This document shows, piece by piece, positions 1 to 5,302 of a DNA stretch of 7,267 nucleotides. A program made the translations under genes and the position numbers. Position 1 is the first letter of the stretch. The number at the start of each line of letters is the position of its first letter. The notes below the pieces were generated by a model, which had not been told where the DNA came from, did no database searches, and worked only from the letters and a program-made list of their open reading frames with translations. This stretch comes from Candidatus Odinarchaeia archaeon. GTDB lineage: Archaea > Asgardarchaeota > Odinarchaeia > Odinarchaeales > Odinarchaeaceae. The stretch spans positions 1 to 7,267 of the forward strand of contig JAHQXC010000065.1 of NCBI GenBank assembly GCA_029856525.1, in the 5' to 3' direction.

Positions 1-177
1 AGTGTTGGAATATGCGCGAGTGTTAGGTGAGTGTAGTTGAAATATTCAAAACAAATATTCCCATACCATTCTATTTAAACATTTACAGCTAATTCAAACA
101 GCTGAAAAGCAAATAGTAAAAACAGTTTTCGATAAATTAATTAATTGCACCATTAACTTATATTCTTGGTGGGCTTG

Positions 178-1080
178 ATGTCTTACCGTGAATTATATTG
201 TACAAAGAACACTGGTTTCCTTAACTCGAACACCCCGTATAGGGACGCTGAATTTATAGTAGTCGGTGTACCTTTAGATATGACTTCTTCTTATATTTCA
301 GGGACACGATTCGGACCGGATTCTATTAGAAGAGCTTCAGTGAACATTGAAACATTCGACTATGAGAAGGGAGTCGATGTCAAGAAAATTAAATTAACTG
401 ATATAGGTGACGTCGACGTCGACTACTCTAGCATAGATTTAACACTTGATAAGATAACTAAAGTGTTATCTGAGATTCTCAACGACGGTAAGAGGCCGGT
501 TATATTAGGCGGAGAGCATACGATAACACTAGGGGTGTGTAGAGCTGTTAAACCACAGGCGATGATATGCTTCGACGCTCACTTAGATTTAAGAGAAGAG
601 TATGCGGGTGCGAGAATTTCACACGCCTCCTTCATGAAAAGGATTATTGAAGAGAGATTAGTTGAAAAAATACTTTTCATAGGAACTAGAGCCGTATGCA
701 AAGAGGAGCTTAAATTTATTAAAAATAATGGTGTACACCGTTTTATAAGCTCCAAGGATGTTTATAAAAATGAATTACCTTCCCTGATTAAATTTATTGA
801 AGATGAGCTTTCCAGCTACCGGTATGTTTATATTTCAATTGACATGGATGTTTTAGAACCGGCATTCTCACCATGGGTGGGGAATCCTGAACCCGGCGGG
901 TTAACTTATAATTTTGTAAGCGATATAATTGAGAAATTAGATAAATTAAACTTTATAGGCGTTGATGTAACTGAAGTGACACCTGTATATAACATTGATA
1001 TAACCTCTATATATGCGGCTAAGCTTCTATTTAAAGCAATTATCTCGATAAACGAATCTAAAACACGTATACGAAAATAA
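178..1080 (+). CDS. speB: Agmatinase / ureohydrolase (arginase family), about 300 aa
   Basis: Arginase-family motifs GVPLD..SSY..GTRFGP..IR, GGEHTIT, FDAHLDLR, SHAS and SIDMDVLEPAFSPWVGNPEPGGL. The ORF track opens at TTG 166, but GGTGG (168-172) is a well-spaced RBS for ATG 178, so 178 is preferred. It lies next to arginine decarboxylase. Confidence 0.92.
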   Translation: MSYRELYCTKNTGFLNSNTPYRDAEFIVVGVPLDMTSSYISGTRFGPDSIRRASVNIETFDYEKGVDVKKIKLTDIGDVDVDYSSIDLTLDKITKVLSEILNDGKRPVILGGEHTITLGVCRAVKPQAMICFDAHLDLREEYAGARISHASFMKRIIEERLVEKILFIGTRAVCKEELKFIKNNGVHRFISSKDVYKNELPSLIKFIEDELSSYRYVYISIDMDVLEPAFSPWVGNPEPGGLTYNFVSDIIEKLDKLNFIGVDVTEVTPVYNIDITSIYAAKLLFKAIISINESKTRIRK

Positions 1081-1528
1081 CAGCTACGCAGCCGTATTTA
1101 GCTGATTGAACTTCTAGAGAAGCTGTCTCGAATTTAAAACACTCCACAGTCATCCCCCGGCTAGCCGCCATTTCCTGTAAGCGTTCCCTGAGACTCTTCT
1201 CCAACACTTGGTTGTCTATAAAATTCTGCTGTGCTGTTACCACTAATCCCATTTTTTCACGGCCTCTGCTGGCTAAACCCCATATAAGTCCAGCTGATAT
1301 TCGATCCCCTCTAATCCCTGTGTTCTTGCTAATAACTGTGTAAACTATTTCTCCTGTTTCAAATCGTTTAGGGGGGGTTTCAACCGCTTCACCTGATATT
1401 ATAGAGGAGACAGGTACTATATTCACATTATCTAAGCCTGCTTGAATTAAAACTTTATCAAACGCGTTCACAGGGGATACATCACTTAACCCTGCACCTT
1501 TAACTATGAAGAAATTTTTAGCGTTCAT
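1058..1528 (-). CDS. pdaD: Pyruvoyl-dependent arginine decarboxylase proenzyme (PvlArgDC), 156 aa
   Basis: Signature NAFD..L..AG..NVNIVPVSSI with the Ser41-Ser42 self-cleavage site (nt 1408-1403), the guanidinium-binding Asp (AFD) and the processing Asn (NVN). It also has ISAG and a C-terminal YGCV. The catalytic Glu position is Thr (see findings). Confidence 0.88.
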   Translation of the reverse strand: MNAKNFFIVKGAGLSDVSPVNAFDKVLIQAGLDNVNIVPVSSIISGEAVETPPKRFETGEIVYTVISKNTGIRGDRISAGLIWGLASRGREKMGLVVTAQQNFIDNQVLEKSLRERLQEMAASRGMTVECFKFETASLEVQSAKYGCVAVIFVYVF

Positions 1529-1577
1529 ATACTCGCAGACCGCCTCTAAAATTTAATTTTCACATAGGCACCTAGAG

Positions 1578-1650
1578 TTTTTAAAGAGTAGTATGGAGAT
1601 CAAGATTATAAATCCAATAGTTTAAATATTAAAATCTATATCTTTAAATT
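1578..1650. promoter_or_regulatory. Divergent promoter region between pdaD (-) and rubredoxin (+), with several TATA-box candidates
   Basis: TTTTTAAA 1578-1585, TTATAAA 1606-1612, TTTAAATA 1621-1628 and TTTAAATT 1643-1650 in a 156-nt intergenic gap. Which box serves which gene cannot be determined from sequence. Confidence 0.45.
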
Positions 1651-1684
1651 TCTATCAAAAGTTTAATCGAAAAGGTGGTTTAAT

Positions 1685-1849
1685 TTGGCTAGATGGGAGT
1701 GTACTTTATGCGGGTATATTTATGATCCTGCAGTCGGGGATCCTGAAAACAATATTCCACCGGGAACAGCCTTCGAATCACTACCTGAAGACTGGGTTTG
1801 CCCTGTATGCGGTGCTTCTAAATCAGATTTCAGAAAGTTAGAAGACTGA
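1685..1849 (+). CDS. rub: Rubredoxin, 54 aa (absent from the supplied ORF track)
   Basis: Hand translation from TTG 1685 to TGA 1847-1849: [54 protein letters not shown]. It has the canonical C-x2-CGYIYD and F..LP.DW.CP.CG motifs, and RBS AGGTGG at 1673-1678. Confidence 0.96.
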   Translation: MARWECTLCGYIYDPAVGDPENNIPPGTAFESLPEDWVCPVCGASKSDFRKLED

Positions 1850-1861
1850 TATCCCCAAGTA

Positions 1862-1896
1862 TTTTTACTCAAATCCATTGTTTATTTCCCTTTTCT
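1862..1896 (+). terminator. Candidate archaeal oligo-T / pyrimidine-rich terminator after rubredoxin
   Basis: TTTTT at 1862-1866 and TTTATTTCCCTTTTCT at 1881-1896, just downstream of the rubredoxin stop. Confidence 0.4.
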
Positions 1897-1910
1897 ATAA
1901 CGCAGATAAA

Positions 1911-1926
1911 GGATAGTATACTATCC
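1911..1926. promoter_or_regulatory. Perfect 16-bp palindrome GGATAGTATACTATCC, candidate operator
   Basis: Self-complementary over all 16 nt, intergenic, about 30 nt upstream of the TATA candidate at 1957. Function is inferred. Confidence 0.5.
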
Positions 1927-1956
1927 CTGATATTCTATCATTTTAGTAGAGTTAAT

Positions 1957-1964
1957 TTTATAAA
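1957..1964 (+). promoter_or_regulatory. TATA-box candidate TTTATAAA for the tfs-like / Lrp-like transcript
   Basis: Consensus-like archaeal TATA box about 55 nt upstream of the TFS-like start. RBS GAGGAG is at 2005-2010. Confidence 0.55.
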
Positions 1965-1978
1965 ACCTTAAAAGAGTA

Positions 1979-2001
1979 TTACTATACTAATTTTATAGTA
2001 A
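1979..2001. promoter_or_regulatory. 8-7-8 inverted repeat TTACTATA-ctaattt-TATAGTAA over the predicted transcription start
   Basis: Arms 1979-1986 and 1994-2001 are exact reverse complements and lie between the TATA candidate and the RBS. Confidence 0.45.
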
Positions 2002-2019
2002 AAAGAGGAGTTGAATGAT

Positions 2020-2319
2020 TTGGAGTTCTGCCCTAAGTGTGAAGCGCTGTTATTCCCTAAAAAAGAAGGGGATAAGGTAATATTATTCTGTAAAAAATGC
2101 GGCTTCGAAACTGAAGCTAAAGAAGGTGTAGACTATAAGTTAGTGGTTAACATACCGCACACTGAGAAAGATAAAATCGATGTTATTAAATTATCTGTTA
2201 AGAAAAGAGTTTCAGAAGAAGAGAGGGAGGCTTTCGAAGATTATTATCGCGGGTTAGAGGAAGCTGGTGAAGAATTTGAAGAAGAAGGAGAGGAGAGCGA
2301 GGGAGAAGATTATGAATGA
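2020..2319 (+). CDS. TFS/RpoM (A12.2/Rpb9/C11 family) paralogue with the N-terminal zinc ribbon and linker only, followed by an acidic tail; about 99 aa
   Basis: EFCPKC..LLFP and FCKKCGFE zinc ribbon plus the TFS-like linker YKL...IPH..KDKI.VI. There is no second CxxC pair and no QTRSADEP hairpin. The ORF track starts at TTG 2011, but RBS GAGGAG abuts that codon, whereas TTG 2020 has 9-nt spacing and gives the canonical MEFCPKC start. Confidence 0.82.
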   Translation: MEFCPKCEALLFPKKEGDKVILFCKKCGFETEAKEGVDYKLVVNIPHTEKDKIDVIKLSVKKRVSEEEREAFEDYYRGLEEAGEEFEEEGEESEGEDYE

Positions 2320-2342
2320 AAAATTTAAGGCGGGGAGCCTAT

Positions 2343-2585
2343 ATGGCTGAGAGAATAAAGGCTTTTATAAGCGTTACCACAGAGCACATGGAGCCTGAGG
2401 AAATCCGCGATACACTTGTTAAAGATTGTAAACCCGAGGAAATCTATTTTGTAACAGGCGAATACGATTATATTTTAAAGATTAGTGTAGATGATATGAA
2501 TGAGTTGAAAGAGATGGTTTCAAAGCTTAGAAAGCATTCATGGATTAAAAAAACTAACACTTCGATAATTCTTAAACAACTCTAG
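2343..2585 (+). CDS. Stand-alone Lrp/AsnC ligand-binding (RAM) domain protein without HTH, about 80 aa
   Basis: KAFISV, EIYFVTGEYDYILKI and KKTNTSIIL match the RAM domain (the VTGEYD motif). ATG 2343 has RBS GGGGAG at 2332-2337. The alternative ATG 2316 overlaps the upstream TGA (ATGA). Neither start leaves room for an HTH. Confidence 0.85.
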   Translation: MAERIKAFISVTTEHMEPEEIRDTLVKDCKPEEIYFVTGEYDYILKISVDDMNELKEMVSKLRKHSWIKKTNTSIILKQL

Positions 2586-2586
2586 T

Positions 2587-2618
2587 AAAAAATAAATTAA
2601 AAAATAATTGAAAAAAAA
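2587..2618 (-). terminator. Oligo-T terminator candidate for the glcD-glcF-like operon
   Basis: On the minus strand T8 (2618-2611), T6 (2604-2599) and T6 (2592-2587) begin 13 nt after the stop codon at 2632. Confidence 0.65.
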
Positions 2619-2631
2619 TTTAGCGTATAGC

Positions 2632-3807
2632 TTACTCGAATTCGTATTGAGGTATCTTATCTATTAATTCTAGTGAGAATGCTAGAACCTCCGAGATATC
2701 CACTATTTTTAAATCCTCCATGAAATTAGCTGAAGCAACTGACTGGAGATTGAATAAACATGTCCCGCATGGTGTAACTAAATATTCGGCTCCTGAAGCC
2801 TCAACCTCCTGGAGGGTTCTACCCGCTATTTCATTTCTGAAATCAACATATGGAACTCTGATAGGTCCACCGCAGCATCTCTGTAAATTCCTAGTTCGCT
2901 CAAGTTCGATGATCTGTAAACCTGGAATCGAATTTAAAACTATACGGGGAGCGTCGTATACACCTGACCATCTGCCAAGATGACATGAATCGAAGAATAC
3001 AACCTTCGCTGGAAGCTCTCTAGTGGGTTTAATCATTTTTTTAGCGAGTAGTTCAGCGTAAACCTCGGTGATATGCTGGATGGGTATATGTTTAGTCCAC
3101 GGATATTCTTTTTTCAAAGCAGCGTAGCACATAGGGCACACGGTGAATATTTTCTTAGGGTTAAGCCCCTCTATATGTTTAACGTTTTCAGCTGCTATTT
3201 TTGAAAAATCGCTTTCAACACCTTGAAGTTTAGCTACACCTGCACAGCATTTTTCATCCGGGTCAAGGCCGACAGTTAACCCGGCTTTTCTGAGAATGAG
3301 AATAGCGTTCTTCGCTAGATTAGTATAGTTTCGACCAGCCATACACCCTACGAAAAAGTAGTAGTCCGCGTCTTTAGGGGCGGTTGTGAAGAATTCAGCT
3401 AAGTCGCCTTCGTTAAGCTTACTCTCTTGGCCGAAAACGTTCCCTGTTTTCTTAATGGCCTCTATGGCTTGTTTCTGCTCTGGAACAGGGCCTACACCTT
3501 CCTCAGCTAATTTACCTCTCACAGCTTCAGCGATCTCCATGTATCTGACTTTAGGCGGACAAGTCTCCTCGCAGACACGGCATAACAGGCATGTGTAAAC
3601 TCTGTCAATGAAGGCTGGAGATGCTTCTATTTCACCGTTATTCCATGCCTTATATAACATTAGACGACCGCGCTCATTATAAGATTCTATATTCTTATAC
3701 TCGAATGTAGGGCATATCGACCTGCATTTACCGCATTGTGAACATTTTTGAAGCGCTTCTATAATAGATTTTGAAAGTTTAGGGCTAAGCTTACCTTTCA
3801 CAGTCAT
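2632..3807 (-). CDS. glcF: GlcF/HdrD-like Fe-S oxidoreductase (two [4Fe-4S] ferredoxin motifs plus two CCG domains), 391 aa
   Basis: Ferredoxin motifs CSQCGKCRSICP and CLLCRVCEETCP. CCG domains C-x31-CC-x35-CPMC and C-x35-CC-x34-CGTC. It starts 1 nt after the glcD stop. The symbol is family-level, and HdrD-like is equally possible. Confidence 0.85.
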   Translation of the reverse strand: MTVKGKLSPKLSKSIIEALQKCSQCGKCRSICPTFEYKNIESYNERGRLMLYKAWNNGEIEASPAFIDRVYTCLLCRVCEETCPPKVRYMEIAEAVRGKLAEEGVGPVPEQKQAIEAIKKTGNVFGQESKLNEGDLAEFFTTAPKDADYYFFVGCMAGRNYTNLAKNAILILRKAGLTVGLDPDEKCCAGVAKLQGVESDFSKIAAENVKHIEGLNPKKIFTVCPMCYAALKKEYPWTKHIPIQHITEVYAELLAKKMIKPTRELPAKVVFFDSCHLGRWSGVYDAPRIVLNSIPGLQIIELERTRNLQRCCGGPIRVPYVDFRNEIAGRTLQEVEASGAEYLVTPCGTCLFNLQSVASANFMEDLKIVDISEVLAFSLELIDKIPQYEFE

Positions 3808-3808
3808 T

Positions 3809-5188
3809 TCACATCTCTCCGAATATTTTTCCAGGGTTTAATATATTATATGGGTCCAGTGCTTTCTTGATCGCTTTCTGAGCGTTAACACTGCACGGAG
3901 AATGCTCTATTCCAAAGAATTTTATTTTAGAACAGCCTACTCCGTGTTCCCCTGTTATAGTCCCTTTTAAATCTAAGGCTGCTTTAAAAATCTCGTCTTT
4001 AACGAGCTCGGCTTTCTCTTTCTCCTCAGGGATATTTTCATCGTATAATATGTTTGGGTGAAGGTTCCCGTCACCCATATGCCCGAATGTTGCAATCATA
4101 ATACCGTATTTCTTTGATATTTCCTCGATTCGCTTAAACATCTCCGGGACTTTAGAGATGGGGACTGTGACGTCTTCTAGTTCTGTGGTTGGTTTATAAG
4201 TTGATAAAGCCGAGTAGGCTGCATGCCTGCTCTCAAATATTTTCTCGGCTTCATGCTCGTCTTTAGCGATTCTATAAGATATGGCGTTATGCTGTTTATA
4301 GATTTCCTCTAAGATTTTAAGTCTCTTTTTTATGCTATCTGTATCTCCGTCTAACTCGTTGACTACAACCGCCCCGCATTCCGGGAATGTTATACCGGTA
4401 AACTTGCTTACAGCGTCCATGGTTAAGCGATCCATTATCTCCGCTCCTGAAGGCTGTAACCCTCGTCTAATAGTTTCGTAAACGCATTTCCCCGCCTCTT
4501 CAAGTGTTTTAAAGTATGCTATAGCTGCAAGTCTCGCTTCAGGCAGTGGCGCCACCTTCAATAATGCTTTTGTAATTAATGCTAGAGTTCCTTCGGAGCC
4601 CACTATAAGCCTGTGCATCTCGTAGCCTGACGCGAACTTATATGTACCTGAACCGAACCATGCGATGTCACCGTTGGCTAAAACTACCTCCAATCCCATA
4701 ACCCAGTCTCTTGTCACACCGTATTTAACAGCTCTCATCCCTCCGGCGTTCTCAGCGATCATCCCTCCGATAGTACACCAGTCTTGGCTTGAAGGATCAG
4801 GGGGGAAGAATAAACCTAAGGGTTTAAGCTTTTTTTCAAGAGTTTTATAAACTACTCCAGGTTCAACTAAAACTTCAAAGTTATCTGTATCCACGTTTAA
4901 AATTTTATTCATTTTAGTGAAGTCCACTATTATACCGCCTTTTACCGCAACCGGGCCTCCGCTTAAACTGCTACCTGCGCCTCTAGGAACAACAGGGATT
5001 CTATTAGCGCTAGCGTATTTCATTATGTCTGATACTTGTTGGGTGGTAGTTGGGAAGATGACTATATTAGGCTTTGATTTTGTATGCGTAGCGTCGCTTG
5101 AATATACGACTAGATCCACAGGGTCAGTTAACATGTTTTCAGGTCCAACTATCTGCTCTAATTTTTTAGTATCTAAAGTTAATGTCAT
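3809..5188 (-). CDS. glcD: FAD-linked 2-hydroxyacid oxidoreductase (GlcD / D-lactate dehydrogenase family), about 459 aa
   Basis: PRGAGSSLSGG, PPDPSS, TIGGMIAENAGG.RAVKYGVTRD, metal-ligand motifs GHMGDGNLHP and GEHGVG, and a terminal NPGK. The ORF track opens at GTG 5197, but GGTG (5198-5195) fits as the RBS for ATG 5188. The exact substrate is not determinable. Confidence 0.9.
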   Translation of the reverse strand: MTLTLDTKKLEQIVGPENMLTDPVDLVVYSSDATHTKSKPNIVIFPTTTQQVSDIMKYASANRIPVVPRGAGSSLSGGPVAVKGGIIVDFTKMNKILNVDTDNFEVLVEPGVVYKTLEKKLKPLGLFFPPDPSSQDWCTIGGMIAENAGGMRAVKYGVTRDWVMGLEVVLANGDIAWFGSGTYKFASGYEMHRLIVGSEGTLALITKALLKVAPLPEARLAAIAYFKTLEEAGKCVYETIRRGLQPSGAEIMDRLTMDAVSKFTGITFPECGAVVVNELDGDTDSIKKRLKILEEIYKQHNAISYRIAKDEHEAEKIFESRHAAYSALSTYKPTTELEDVTVPISKVPEMFKRIEEISKKYGIMIATFGHMGDGNLHPNILYDENIPEEKEKAELVKDEIFKAALDLKGTITGEHGVGCSKIKFFGIEHSPCSVNAQKAIKKALDPYNILNPGKIFGEM

Positions 5189-5202
5189 ATAATACACCGA
5201 CC

Positions 5203-5225
5203 GTTACGAATTTAGTATTCGCAAC
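5203..5225. promoter_or_regulatory. Imperfect inverted repeat GTTaCGAAT-ttagt-ATTCGcAAC, candidate operator of the glcD operon
   Basis: 8 of 9 arm positions pair. It lies between the TATA candidate (5251-5260) and the glcD RBS. Confidence 0.45.
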
Positions 5226-5250
5226 TAACTGTTTAATAATTTATGTAATG

Positions 5251-5260
5251 TTTTTAAAAA
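5251..5260 (-). promoter_or_regulatory. TATA-box candidate TTTTTAAAAA for glcD-glcF
   Basis: TATA-like AT palindrome about 60 nt upstream of the glcD ATG, in a 105-nt intergenic gap. Confidence 0.5.
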
Positions 5261-5302
5261 GATATTGATGCCGTCTAATTTTTAATTTATAGGAAAAGTA
5301 GT

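Noticed and set aside
1-40. Possible 3' end of an upstream plus-strand gene (VLEYARVLGECS* in frame 2 or SVGICASVR* in frame 1)
   Set aside because: Too short to assign a frame or identity. eIF5A often neighbours speB in archaea, but the match is not convincing.
135-146. Palindrome AATTAATTAATT upstream of speB
   Set aside because: Pure A/T low-complexity sequence, expected by chance at this composition.
1371-1377. G7 tract in pdaD as a possible phase-variation site
   Set aside because: Explained by Thr-Pro-Pro codons; the frame is intact and the tract is short.
1850-2010. Intergenic region as a possible ncRNA, tRNA or CRISPR remnant
   Set aside because: No cloverleaf, C/D box pair or repeat-spacer periodicity was found; it is adequately explained as terminator plus promoter.
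2260-2316. TFS-paralogue tail EEEGEESEGEDYE resembles the alpha-tubulin C-terminal tail (EGEGEEEGEEY)
   Set aside because: Low-complexity acidic sequences converge easily and there is no evidence of homology.
2720-2983. 87-aa plus-strand ORF
   Set aside because: Antisense shadow wholly inside the well-supported glcF-like gene, with no recognisable motif.
3386-3598. 70-aa plus-strand ORF
   Set aside because: Antisense shadow of the glcF-like gene, with no recognisable motif.
4665-4850. 61-aa plus-strand ORF
   Set aside because: Antisense shadow inside the conserved FAD-binding region of glcD.
4917-5192. 91-aa plus-strand ORF with hydrophobic stretches
   Set aside because: Antisense to glcD; its composition is explained by the opposite-strand codons and no independent support was found.
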